The position numbers and the translations under genes were made by a program. Shown piece after piece: positions 36,591-50,091 of a DNA stretch of 64,000 nucleotides. This DNA is from Yuukianura sp. NJ FZ-2021 (taxonomy: Eukaryota): assembly GCA_046563655.1 (NCBI GenBank), contig CM102290.1, positions 7,874,001 through 7,938,000 on the forward strand. Reading direction: 5' to 3'. Position 1 is the stretch's first letter. Each line of letters begins with the position of its first letter. The notes under the pieces were generated by a model that had not been told where the DNA came from, made no database searches, and saw only the letters and a program-made list of their open reading frames with translations.

Positions 36591-38643
36591 TGATAATTTA
36601 ACGGAACTGTCACAATGTCTTCTGCAATTTTTGCTATCTCAAAGTTCCACAGTCGTCGCTCCTTCCGACGACTTCTCGAACACACTCATAGCGATGCGGA
36701 CGAAAGTCAACATGATTTCACTATTTCTCCCTCCGCCAACAGTAACTTTTCATTTTTCACCACCAACACAATAAATTTACTTCCAAATTGGAGTTTCTAA
36801 GCAACGAATTCGCAGCTCAGTCGAACTTGTTTAATTCACGTTCTACTCCATCAGCAAGGTTTTCAAAATCCATCCTTGGTTTTATCGGCATTTCACGGAT
36901 TTGTCCAAGTTCGAGTTAACATTTTCTCTCAACATCTCCAGCAACTACACCTGAAATAAAGAAATTCATTCAGTTCTTGCAGCTCAACTTCACTAACTAA
37001 AAAAAATTGCACCGCGTTAAAAATATCACTCTATGGTTCTGGTTTTTCCACATAACCGTTAACCGATTCCAGAAGCTAGTGACGAGAATAACAACATAAT
37101 AAACCAGTTCTGTCTCTGCGTTTGTCGTATTTACAAACTACTTACGTCACATTGTTAATTCATTCTAGTCAACTACGCCACCACCTAGAATGGATTTTGC
37201 ATTACCATTTTAAATGACTCTTTCAATTCGTCATACTTTTCCCGCGCCTTTCACACTCATTTCAAAAATAGCAGTATGTTACCCTAAATCCTGGGCAATA
37301 ACTCGCGAGTTATACTACGTTTTTTCGACTCTAAATGGAATAGAAAAAAAATATTTCTTAAATTTAAATGTAATTTTCCGATTTCCAATTTGTGTTACTC
37401 GTTTGCATGCATAAAGCAGACGAAAATGACTTAAATAATGTCCGAGTTGAGTTAAATCAAAAACCTTTTCTCATACTTCCGGTGACAATTTGGTTTAAAC
37501 TCCATATTTATCTTGGCAGTCTTTAACAAAGCAAAATGATTCGTGAAAATTAAAAAGTAAAAATAACTCTTCTAATTTCACAGCATTGCTGTGAAGGTAC
37601 AAAGATGGAAAAATTAAATTAATTAGAAAATTAAATTAATAAATTGAATTAAATAATTAGAATTACTGGAAAATTAAAAATATTTCTGAAAGAAATATTT
37701 TTAATTTTTCAGTTAGGTAAATAATTAACCTAAATCATAATAAAAGGGTAATTCTGAAGGTTTAACTTAACAGACCTACCCCATTCACCCGTCTCAGAGG
37801 TGGTCAAATTCTGGTATTTAGGTTCACAGCTTTGGTATCACAAATTGTTCAGTGCGACTTATAGTCCAGGATTTAGGGTATACTTTTTATTTACCAATCA
37901 TAGAGATTAACAAAAAATGAAAAGAGCAGAACACCTAGAGTATTTTTGCTAGAAAAACAATAGTTCTGCTTCTTATTCTGACCTGTATGACTGCGATTCC
38001 AGTGACATGACCTTGCCGGAGGGCACTTTAGTTCCAAGTTCAGTTTTAGCCGACTGTTTCTCAAGGGTCATACCCTGCCAAAACCCACTGCCGCTGAGCC
38101 TCTCTCATCCTCTTCAAACTGTGTAAACTATGTAATGTGGAGAGAGGCAACCGGTTAAAATTTTTATAACGATGGAAGTCCCCCTTCACTTGGCTTCACT
38201 TTAGTACTAAACTCTGGGTCTGGCTCCAATCTATTCAACTTAGTATTGTAAAAGCCTCTTTTGGTGGATCCTGCTGCTGCTGATGATGATGGTGAGGAGG
38301 TGGAGATGCGTTTTCCTTGGGAAACAAACGTCCATGAAGAGCTCTTGGCTCCTCAGCATCTGGCCTCAGACTAAAGTTGAATGGGCAGATGATGAGGGGA
38401 TCTTGAGTATGCTGTACTGCCAGCATAATCAACCGCTTTACGCAGCCTCAACCACCAACACCACCACCACCACGATGGAGCTCCAAAAACCCAGGAAGAA
38501 CAACATCTAACCAAACAACACCAAAAAATCCAGCTGGACAGGATGCCATCCCATGGGACAATGGACTCAGTCACTTCACAAATTCAAATCCTCCCTCCCA
38601 AAGTACCCCCAAATCTCCCGGGTAAAATCAAAATTCCAAAACA

Positions 38644-38788
38644 TTCCGGAGAAGACGCTCACTTCAACACGCCGTCCACCAATGTTGCTGCATATCCACT
38701 TTTTTGAAGTTTCGTCCAGTGGATAATATATTTCATCCGGTTTTATCCGGAAGAAATGGCCTGAATAAAAACTGATACTTCCGGAAAT
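38644..38788. promoter_or_regulatory. Cluster of ETS (Pointed/Yan-type) sites in the sprouty upstream/intronic region
   Basis: TTCCGG 38644, CATCCGGT 38734, ATCCGGAAG 38745, ACTTCCGGAAAT 38777, all within ~145 bp. Confidence 0.5.
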
Positions 38789-41700
38789 TTCCATATTAAT
38801 TTGAAGTAAGTGAAAGAAATATTGTATCCATCCGACAACACTGCCGTCCACAATGTTCAAAACCCTCCATCAGAAAAATAATAAGCCAACATCCTCCGTC
38901 TTGCTGAGATCATTTCAAGCTGGGAAACAGAGAAAGGCTTCCTAAAGCTGCTCATAGACCGCCTGACACTCCTGATCGTTCCCTGCCCAAGACATATCCG
39001 CTCCCTGCCTCCATTAAGACCAAACGAAGGTGAATGAAGATGATGTGGAGAGGTAAAGGAGGGGACGCCAGCCAGTAATTGTAAAGGATCTCAATCCCAG
39101 TAGCAGTTTCAGTTGGTAGTTTTAGTGCGTTCGGATCGCAGAAGGCATCAGCGGAATGAGGATTAACCAGTAGCTTCATGCACGCCGTTTTGTTTCGCTA
39201 CAACCAAAACCTCCTCACCCAAACAGAATCCCATCAAACGCCTCTCATCAAACTCCTCGTCTTTCAATGAAACACGCCCTTCAAATGAATGAAAACCTCG
39301 GAGGCCAACAAAGATGAGCTTCCTCAGCTTCATCACTTCCATCCAACCGCCAAAACCAGAACAAAATTCAAATTAATCAGTGCAACCCACAAAATCCGTC
39401 TACATGCTCCTCGCCAGTTAAAGTCATAGTTACAAACTAAACTTAAATTTCAAATCCTCATTACCTTCCAGAAATCATTTTTAATCAAAATAACCTTCAA
39501 TTTTATCCACAACTTTCGCTACTTCCTTACATCCGTATTTCAAATTTCCAACATCAAGTCAAGGTTTTACCCAAGGTTGTTTGAATTAAATTTGTACATT
39601 CGGAAAAGCTTGCTTTCACCAGTTACAAAAAAACAACAACACTTGGTCTCGGCTTTTCGAAACCGGTAACGGTAGAAGAAACACCGAATTATAATTTGGA
39701 CATCTTATACATACAATCCCTGTGTGCAAAGTGCACGTCTCAAATTATGATCGCTCATGTTATTAGTCACATACACTCCCAGGTCAACCTACACAGAAAA
39801 AGACTGTCTTCTAACAAAAAAAAAGTTAAACTTATGCCATTTGCTTTTGTGTGCACTAGAGAAAAGAAGCATAAATAACTCCAAGGAATAAGATCCATCA
39901 AATGTATATGGAGTCAAAGTAAATACTAAAGAGACTTTGAATCTCATGTGTAGCAAGAAAATGAAGATGGATGGGATCAAGGTTCCTATAGCAACCAAAT
40001 CGTTTAAGAGGTTAGGCAATAAGTTCTGTTTTCCAAAAATGTCGCTGCAAACAATATTTTTCCCCGGATTTTCCCCTGAACTTGTTTATCGCGCTTTTTG
40101 TGCAAAAATTTAAAAGTTTGCACCAACCGTTCGAAAGGAAGAAAAAAAAGTTCGGTGGAAAAAAATTTCCAGGGAAATGAGAGTTGCCGATATGCGTTTT
40201 AATTTTTGAGATTTTAATAAAGAAAAAATAAAAGACGACTTATTGCCTAACCTGTTAAAGAAAGAACTATTTTCTTGTTTACAAACCTTGGATGGGATGA
40301 CCCCGTGAAGGATTTGATGACTACCATAATCTCTGGCTCTAATCTTCTTCAATCCTTGGAGCAAACGGTTTAAGTCCTACCAGACCAAGTCCCAGGTCTA
40401 GTTCTAGTCTCGTCTAGTTTCCGTCTAATCCAAATAATGGATAACAGAAACAAGAAACCACACTCCAATAAACCATGAGCAAGGAAATTTAGGCACAATT
40501 CAATTGAATTGTTCTTTGACAGGACTTTAGTTAGTAACCAGAAATCCGTTACTCAACTCAAAGGAAGAGGAATTCAAACTTCCTTCTCAAATTGAATTCA
40601 GACGATACCACACATGTCATTCTTACGACTAGTTATTACATGCCTTTCAAGTCTTTCATCGATTCCTTGTTCACCCCAAAACTTTCAACCTCCTTGGAAA
40701 AGTAGCAGGAAAATAATTGTTGTTTAGTTAAAGTCTAACTTTAGTTAGAAGGTACTCAAAATTTCTACGAAAGGAGACCAATCCGACTTTTTTTACTTCT
40801 CAAGCATCCTCAAATCAAATAGAAAATTCGCAACATTCCTCCATTTCCTATTCGAATTCAAACTACTGGAATTCACACTTAGAAACCATATCGCTTTAGA
40901 ATTCTCTCGGTTTCTGCAGAAACTACTGCCAGGGTGTGCAACGATTTAGGTAGTTGCTCGTACCCTGCTTATCTCCGAATCCACCTCTGTGCTTCTGTTT
41001 AGAACAATGCCCTTCCCCCTAGAAATACACAATGAATGAATACAGTAGGGAATGGATCTCTTATCGTAACCTTTTATCATACTCCTGTACCAGGGAGCCA
41101 AAAAGTCCGTTAGTTTACTTTCAATAATAATTATCACTTTCGTCAGTTACTTCAATACTGGCATGCCATGCTGCGGCGGCCGTGCGGTATAAGTTGGAAT
41201 ACAACAAACTTAACTTAACTTCTACTAGAAGTACTTCTACTTCTACGAATTCGGCCCCACGTAAACCTTACATGTACAGAGTTCCTTGGGTTTTCAAATA
41301 TTGGGCAAAGAACGGTCAACTCAAATTGCCCGTTTCAACAGCAAGTTTAAAATTGGAAGTTTATGAAATTCCATGTTTAAAATCAAACATACAGGTTCAA
41401 ACACATTAGATATGCCTGAAATGATGGATTCGAGCGGAAGATCACTCTACGAACGGAAGCTGAAGAAGTTAAGTTGGGGCCGAATCTACAACCGAAGAAG
41501 CAGATGGGTTGTTGAGAATTATAGTAAATGAAAGGATTTCCGGCCCCTTACCCCCTCTTGTTCCATTATGATTTAACTACCCTATGCTTTACCATGGAAC
41601 TTTAACTTAGGGTTTCTTCAAATCCTTGTCCTCAAGGGAATCTCCGATCCTTACAGTCCTCCATTATTATCCTTTGGACTTTTAGCCAGGAAGTGGAAAT

Positions 41701-44700
41701 TTTAAGTCTTTTCCTTCCTAATTTCCTTTCTTTTCTCCATTCATTCTCCTCATTCATTCACAAACAACACCAAAATAACAAATTTTACTGGCTGGCTACT
41801 TACAAAAGCAAGGAAAAAGAGTATTGCACTGTGGAATTGGAAATAAGAATACCGTAAATCTTCACACAGTACACCACTAACAAATAATATCCCATGCCTT
41901 TGTAAGTGCCATCTACCTCCTACACAAATCGACCAAAGAATTGGTACTCCTGGGAGCACTATTTGAAAATTTACGGTAAATGCTAAAACCTCTTTTCCAA
42001 GTCACAACTTGTTGTCATCCTCTTAACAAATCCTTCCGGGAAATAAGTCATGGATGAATCAATGCCCAACTTAAGTAACTTACTTAAGTCCAACTTCTGA
42101 CTTCCTTTTACGTACAAAGTTCCACTGTTGAATAAGGAAACTCTGTTGAAAACTGCGGTTTAAATACTTTTCCTGGATTGGATACATCATGCTTATCCGG
42201 TTTTTTGGTGACAATGAGACCACAGAATTTCAATTTTTTCAAAGAAGAAAAGTCACATGAGCAAGTATAACGTGGTTGGCCATTGGAAAAAAAAAGAAGC
42301 GACATTTCCAAAACAAACTGGTGAAAAATTAAATTGGAAACAAAGGAATTGTTTGTTTACTTATTTTGTTTATTTTAAATATTTTAAAACAAATAAGAGT
42401 AAATAATAAGCACTAAAAAACTTCTTAGAAAATTGTTGTTGAGAATTGTTTTATGGTCCTTCGCCAATTCTCTACGAAAACTATGTTTATGCGAAACAAA
42501 TCCTTTTCTATGTTAAGACAAATGACACAATTTTGTCAACGGTAAATATAGTATAATTATCCAAACTCAGTATTAAATTTGTTGCAAAACTATGTTCCAG
42601 TTTAGTTAACTTTACTACACTAATTAAATCAATTCCATCCAAGATACACTTTTCTAAACAGCCTTCGATTAATTTTCTCAAACATCTCAGCCTAACTTTC
42701 AAGCTGATTTGTAATGCTTCGTGCGTGTACGTACGTGCGCGAGCTAGTAGATTTTAACATAAGAGAAAAAGGACATTAACTATGTACTTTTTTTCTCTAT
42801 AAGATTAACGTTACTATGGACAGACTGAAGGCATGATGCTTCGTGCATAAAAAATTGACATTTTGCGAAATGACCTCAAGATGAAGGAAGAGTCCAAGCC
42901 TCAAAAGATCTCGTACTACTGGTTAGGTTACCTTAGGAATACTAGGCTAACGAGTACATCTACTCAACAGAATAAGAATGGAAGATGGATTTAAGCAGAG
43001 AGGGTGGCAGGGAAACACATCTCGACAGGAGCAGCAGAAGAAGCAGCGGCAGATGAGGACCAAAGTTTATAGTTACTTCTAGGCAACATGTTAGTACTTG
43101 ACTACATGTTCTTATGCTCTAATGTCTATGTACAACTATTCTTTAAAAGGAAAAGACCAGAAAGTAAAGTAAGATGAATAAGCAGCCAACCCAGAGGTTA
43201 CGTATAAGGCGAACATTTTCAAATCCAAGATTACTTTTCCTTTAGGTTAGGTTTTTAACATTTTAACATTAGGTTTAAGGCGAGAAAAGGAAGCAGGGAG
43301 CGAAGAGCTCTTACACAAGACACACAAAACACAATGAGTTTTCAGATGGAGGAACACAGAGGCCAAAGATTAATCACATCCCCATCAATCAGTACTTCAT
43401 CCATAGTAAAGTGGCTTTGTACAAAAACGGATATAGCGGAGTAGCACCAGACATTCACAATATACTGGTCCAGGAGCCTAAACAACACTTTGGCTGGACA
43501 CAACCTCCCAAATCAGTCACTTCCGTCTTAACATTCATAATTCCAAACACCCAAGTCATAATAGTCTCTGTTTAAAAAAATATTCTGACAAAATCCAAAT
43601 ACAAAATGTCCTCACTACTCAAACACTCAAAACGTCACGTATGCTAAATCAGCTACTTTTTAGGATAAGGCATTGGCCAACATGAATTCAATACCTAAGC
43701 CATCGTCAGCAACTTCTTTCTGTTTTCGAAAACATTTTATTCATCTTCCAATCAATTTGTACTGCTCGACTTTCAACTTGTCAGCAAAAGTTTTAATTCT
43801 TTTAGAATTATTTCTGATGCATCATCGGTTTATTTCAAAAAATAAAATAAACTCCCAAGTAACAATTGAATTCGTCAATAAAAATTTCCTTTTAATTGGA
43901 AAAAAGCGCAATAAAAAAAAAGACAATAAAGTATAAAACAGGCCTAAAATGGTCCAGCCACTTTTTCAACTTTCAAGAAAAAAAAAATAAAATGTAGGAG
44001 GAAAGAATTGAAAAAAAAGAAGAAATGGAAGAGATGTTTGTAAGACTTTGTAAAAGTTGGATGGCAAGAAAGTGAGTAGGCGTTCGGTGGGGAGTGGGGC
44101 CGTTATTGCAGAATGCCGCCCCACCCAAAACACTTCCAGAATCAATTCTATCTGTTTTTATTGCCAATTTCAGCACTACTGGCGGGCACGTGGCCAATCA
44201 TTGTTTATGAGCCTAGTGATGAATGAGAGACACTCACTCCATGAGCACACTTTTTCCCAAGGCTCTCACTCCCTTTCCCATAAACTCTCAACTTTAATGT
44301 CTATCTTAATCCAAAGTGTTAAAACAGTCCCGACCCAATGCTCACAATAGCCTAACAATTTGAATTTAAAAAAAGATTTTAGAAATGTCAAATCCACTTT
44401 AATAAAAACTAAACTAAAACCTAGAACTAGCTTTCGACAAGCATAAATAAAGGCAGAAGATCAATCACATAAAAACCAAGGGCTTAAGGCTTTGGTCGTC
44501 TCATTGCAAATTGTGATTCCACAAGTCAAATACGACTTAAGAGTCCAACTCTGCCGTTCACTTGTGTAAAACTTGAATCAATCAAAGACAGCCTAAGTAA
44601 TTTAATTTAGCATCTGCTCCACTTTCTGTTCTTGCTCAATTCATGAATTACAAGAGATACAACATTGAGGATCCACATAAATCCAAAGAAGCAGAAACAA

Positions 44701-47700
44701 TAACAACCTCCTGTCATCCCAGTTTCTACTGTCCAATGTGATGTGACCACTACATTATTTTAAATCTTCAGTTTAAAGCCTAAATCCATTCAACTATGCT
44801 CAATTGCGTGACAATTTTTAAAACAATGACGTAACAACAAACAAGATTGATCTTAAATTTTAGCTACAACACTACACAAGTCAAGTTTAGTTTAGTATGG
44901 GTATCCATTGCCAAAATTACTGTTTTGGAGGACAGGAAACTTTTTTAGGATCCCATTTATTTCAAACCTGCCCTCGGATAATGTAAATTCAGATTATTTT
45001 AGCCTTCTATTTCAACTTGAATGTCAGAAATGGCTACCACGGTTTAAACTAACATACAAAGTCTATATATAAATCCAAAAATCAAATGTTAAAAAGTACC
45101 GCTTAACCTCTTGTGACTAAAACTGTAGAATTGGCAATCAATGCTTACTTTACGTCTACTCCTATTAGAATGTACCAGATTATTAAAATCATGTCATTCA
45201 CTTCTACATATTCAAAAGGATTTTGAAAAAAAAAAACTATTTTTTTTGAGTAGTACCCATGCACCTAAACTTCAAATCAAAAGAAATTAAACGCAAAAGT
45301 CTCAAAAAAAAACGAAGAAGCATGTTTCAAGTTACCTCTCGAAAAACAAATTCGGCAGAAAAATATTAGAAAAAAAAATGCAATCGGCACACCCTCTAGG
45401 TTTAGCCAGTTTGATTTCAGTGCGCATTTTTGAAAGCCTTCATCTTTCACTAGAACTGTTGTTACGTTTTCATAATTTATTCCAGAAGAGCCTCAATTGG
45501 TTATCGGGTATCAGTACTTGGGATATATCACCAAAACCCATTCCATTGTTTGATTTTGAAGAGGACAATTTTCACATTACACACATAGTACACACTAACA
45601 AACCAAATACGATTTCATTTTCCTCAAAAGTTTCAATATAGCAACAGAATTTGTCTCGAACTGACACTGTTTCAATATACCTACTATGTACTTCATACCC
45701 TAACCATCATCCAACCTAAACCTAAAACTTCAACGTAACTTCAAGAATACAAAAGGCGGATAGCCAAAATAAATTTTAGCTTTCTCAGAATAGGATTTTG
45801 CGCAATATCGAATAGAAAAAAATCGTTCAGGGAATGTGATACCATTTGGAAAAACCGGGTATAAAACTGTAACCACGATATTTTTGTCTAAGAGAGTAAG
45901 CATAACCTAATCAACCTACTCAAAATAACTAGTTTAGGTTAGTTTTAACTTCAAAGTGTTGTGTAACGACAAGAAGTAAAAAAAAATGATACGATGATAT
46001 ATGCGCAAAAACGTAGACATAACCAAATACTCCTTCATTCCTTCAATAAAAAAAATTGCCAAATCATACTTTTAAGTTTTTGGTGATGACTCGACTCAGA
46101 ATGTCCAACACGACAGCAAGTTTCCCTTACCTTGCAGTTTGTACGTTCAAACTACTATACTTAGGAAATATAACTCATGTTAAGATCGCATTTTGGCAAT
46201 AAAATGTGTCGACTCAGGATATCCGCCCATTGGATTCATTCACAAGAGCTTTTAATTCATTTCATGACGAAGACTGTTAGTCGCAAGGGCTGTTAGCCGC
46301 CCTTGCCTCCAGAAAAAATCCACCCTCTTGTATATGACACGATGACACGAACTAGAAGTCATGTCGCCAATGAATGAATTCTGACGTTTCGAAAGTCACA
46401 AGTTACACCAACGTTCCATTTTGACGTGTTTCGAAGTCCTAAAATGCTGTTCTAAACAGTTTTGTAATCAAAGTTGGTTCGGCTTTCCCCGGGAATATGT
46501 TAGGTTACCCAACCTTTAACTTACAACCTAACATTCCCTCTTGTGTGAAGTCATGAATGCGATGTGAAAGCAGACAGACGTTGGCGACAAAAGAGAAAGC
46601 CACTAAAGTGGGCCCATCAAACACATACTATACAAACCAAACCCACCCAACTTTCCATATCATTTACTAGCAGTCCAATTATTCCCACCTTTACAAATTA
46701 CAAATTGCATCCAATTTCAAAAAAAGTGGCAACGTCGCAATCGTGCTATTTTAGGAACTTTCCAAATTCATAAAAGAACCAAGTGAAAGCAATTTCTAAA
46801 AAGTTTGACAACATCACTTTCTCTGTCCTTAAATAGCCTAGGCCACAGTAAGATCCATGACAACCTGCCAAAAAAGAGCATAAGAATGGAAATTACTTTG
46901 TGGGAAGAACAATGTGATATGTACTGGGGAGGTGCGTGATTTTTGTAGCCTTCAGCGGATTAACATAAATTACTAGAGGACAAGTCCCTCCTGCCATTTC
47001 GCATCATCTCATCTCACCTCCATTCCTGTAATTTAACATTTACATTCCCCTTGCCCAATCACCATCCATTATGTCTGATGCATTATTCAATCCATCCACG
47101 CACTTCTCATTCATTCACCTTCCTAAGGACTTTACAGCTTCTCATTCACAGACAAGACAACCTCTACAACCTACAAAATACACCATCAACAGCATCCCGC
47201 ATCTTGCGATGTTATCATAGGTCCAAAAACTATTGCCCAGCAACAGAAACAATCGGTTGTCTGAATATCTCGTTGCAATTAATTCCAAATGAGCCTTGAT
47301 TGTCAACTGGAGACCTTGGCATGACCTTCACGCGTGGTAAAGTTGCGATAGGCTAGGTAAGAGTAGTAGAGTAAAACAAAGTGGTAACTTACCACCTTAC
47401 TTTTTACTTACCAGTCGCAAGTAACGTAAGGCGGTAACTTACTAGTGGTATGTAAAATAAGAGACATGCATAACTAAAACTTGAAAACTATAACTATAAG
47501 TGCAAAAAGAAGCAAAAATCCTTGACATGGAGTTCAGCAGTTCAACTCTATTGTCATTTCCCAGTCAAAGTCCTATTCACCGGATGCTGTATGACGAAGG
47601 TTAAGCTTATAAGTGGTTCTGTTCGTTCCTATCACTCCGACTCTCGTGATGAACATACATATTCCTATGTTATGCGACGAAAAGTACAAACAAAAGCTCT

Positions 47701-48464
47701 CTCAGATAATCAACTGGCTTTCGAAAGAGTTAACTCCTAGTTTAAATATTCAGAAAATTTTGCTTTTCAAAGAGCTTTCTCTGAAATTTTTGAGAAAGTG
47801 AAGTCTAAAATTAGGAATTGACAACGAAGAGTGTAGGTTGGTCTTTATAGCCAATGACGAAGATGAAACTCAAGAGTATGATTAGGAGTTTAGTACCCTA
47901 CTAACTACCACGCACGCTAGAGACACCAGATCTAGTTACAGTTGAATAAGACACTCGAAATTTCAATTCTGAATCCATAATACTCAGATTATGGATTCAG
48001 AAATGAAGTTAGAACAAGCCTTTCAACGGTTGAACAGTTAATGTTGCAAATAATAGACGGCTATTATTTCAACATTTACAATACACTGATAAGCACACGG
48101 AATCCTTTGTGTCTGCTGTCTAAGAACTTGTAAAGAGATCTTAAACGATATTAGTGTTTCATTCAATTGACGTCTCCGAATAACATCTTTCAAAGTTAAA
48201 AGTTCATCTCATCATAAAAATCTCATGTTGTGCAATGAAAATGATCCTGTTATCGATGTATGCACTGACAGTGGTAGCAGTAAAACTACCTCAAAATCAA
48301 AATGGTAGTAAAATGGTAATGTCAAAAATCAATGATGCCACGTAACAAAAACAAGATCCAGACTTCGGTCGGAGTCTGCATCTTGTTTGCTTCAAATGAA
48401 ATACCTTATACCACATTTTTGTAAAATAAAACAGTAACATGAGTTACAAAGTTATTTTTCTTAC

Positions 48465-48765
48465 CAGGGGTTCATACAGTGCAAGACACGGATGAGAGAT
48501 CGTGGCTGTCGTCCTTCCTAATGTTACTTTGTAAGTGTGGTGGATGACCGTGGACGTACCGCGGATAATCCAAACGAAACTACAAACTTAATTTAGGTAA
48601 CTCTGGTCCAGTTTTTGTCAAGGTAGTTCCCGTGCTACTTTCCTTGGTCCAGTTCCTGACTTTCACTTCCTAAGTTCCAGAAGTGGCTGGGAATTAGTGT
48701 AAGTAAACTTGGTTATTGGAGTGTGATGAGTGTGGCTCCAACAGTGAAGTCGTTGGGTGTACTGA
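48465..48765 (-). promoter_or_regulatory. Probable sprouty promoter and non-coding first exon
   Basis: Minus-strand Inr-like TCAGT at 48765-48761, donor CTG|GTAAGA at 48465/48464, strong acceptor TTTATTTCAG at ~36951 upstream of the sprouty ATG, and no other recognisable gene in between. Confidence 0.45.
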
Positions 48766-50091
48766 ATGAGTGAGAATGTTGAATGAATGGAGTGTAGCTG
48801 AGAAACTCCTCCTGCCACCCCACCACAGTGGTGGTGGTAGCCATATCTACTAAAAGTTTGTACACGGTGGGGCTTTCTTTCCCACACTTCCCATCCCATA
48901 CGGGGATATACAGATCACACTAACATTTCCCATTAAACATCCCGTTCCCCGTGAATAGGGCAGCAGCAGAGGAATAGGGTCGTGGAGATGCAGAAGTTAA
49001 GGAATCTTCCTTGTGTTCATTCACAAAAGTCTTCTTTTCTCTGTCTCACCACTTTACTATAGCCCCCCTGCATCTCTGAAGATGCGGAGATGGAGGGGGA
49101 GGTGGGTGGTGGTGGGGAGGAGATCTCCAAGGTTTCTCCTTCCACCGCCCACTCCTTCCTTTCAAATGAATGAAGTCCTCCCCACCCACCCTCAGCCACC
49201 TCCCCCCATGGGGGCAACCATATCCTGTAATCCATACGGCATAAACCTTCACAACCCACCGGCACGTGTCATACAACACATCCAAACTCATTAACACCAC
49301 CAAACTTAACACATCATGTGATTAGTATCAAGGGTTACACTCGATTTTTAACAAAGGTCGTACGTTAGTCATTCATGTATAGCTCTACTCGATTTTTAAC
49401 ATCACAGATTATGGTTGGATTACTAAACAGTTTTTTTTTGTAGAAACAAAGAGTTTTTTTCATCTTCTCTGAAGAGGTTTTTAATATTGGCGCTTCGCTT
49501 TTCATCAATAAAAATAGGCGGGAAAAAATGAAAATAAACATTTTCTATTCGTAAAAAACTTATATTAGGGATATCTTTCATAAAAATCCAACGATTGTTC
49601 TCGGATTGTTTGCTCGAAACGGCGTTAATGAGTTTTACGTAATGCCGGCGCAGGAACTTGCTTAGAGGTCAATTGATTTTGTGTCAATTGACCTCGAAGG
49701 TAAGCTATAACTAGTCACTGCGTTATCAATGAAATCAAATTCCCACGATCAATCATAAACAATCTGACATCACTTCCTCTAAGTGCTAAATCAAATCACT
49801 CGAGTCAATTCCTCAATTCCCGGTACACACTACACAGTCGTACAAAAATTGCGTGTTTTAATTTCACACTACCTGGTACTAGTGTAAGGTAATGTTTGCG
49901 GTATGCAGTAATGCCGGTAACAGTATTTTGGCAGGTTCCCATCTTTTACTCATTTTGAATTTGAAGTATAAATGTAACTTAATAAAGACGTCAGTTCATA
50001 TGACTTGATAGATTATTGAATATTGTAATAATGGGATTAGTTACGTACCTAGTTGGTTACAAGGGACCTCCACAACATTGTAACTCACCTT

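Noticed and set aside
41225..41546. GAATTCGGCCCC / GGGGCCGAATC ends suggesting Harbinger-like MITEs
   Set aside because: Too degraded, with no TSD or clear boundaries.
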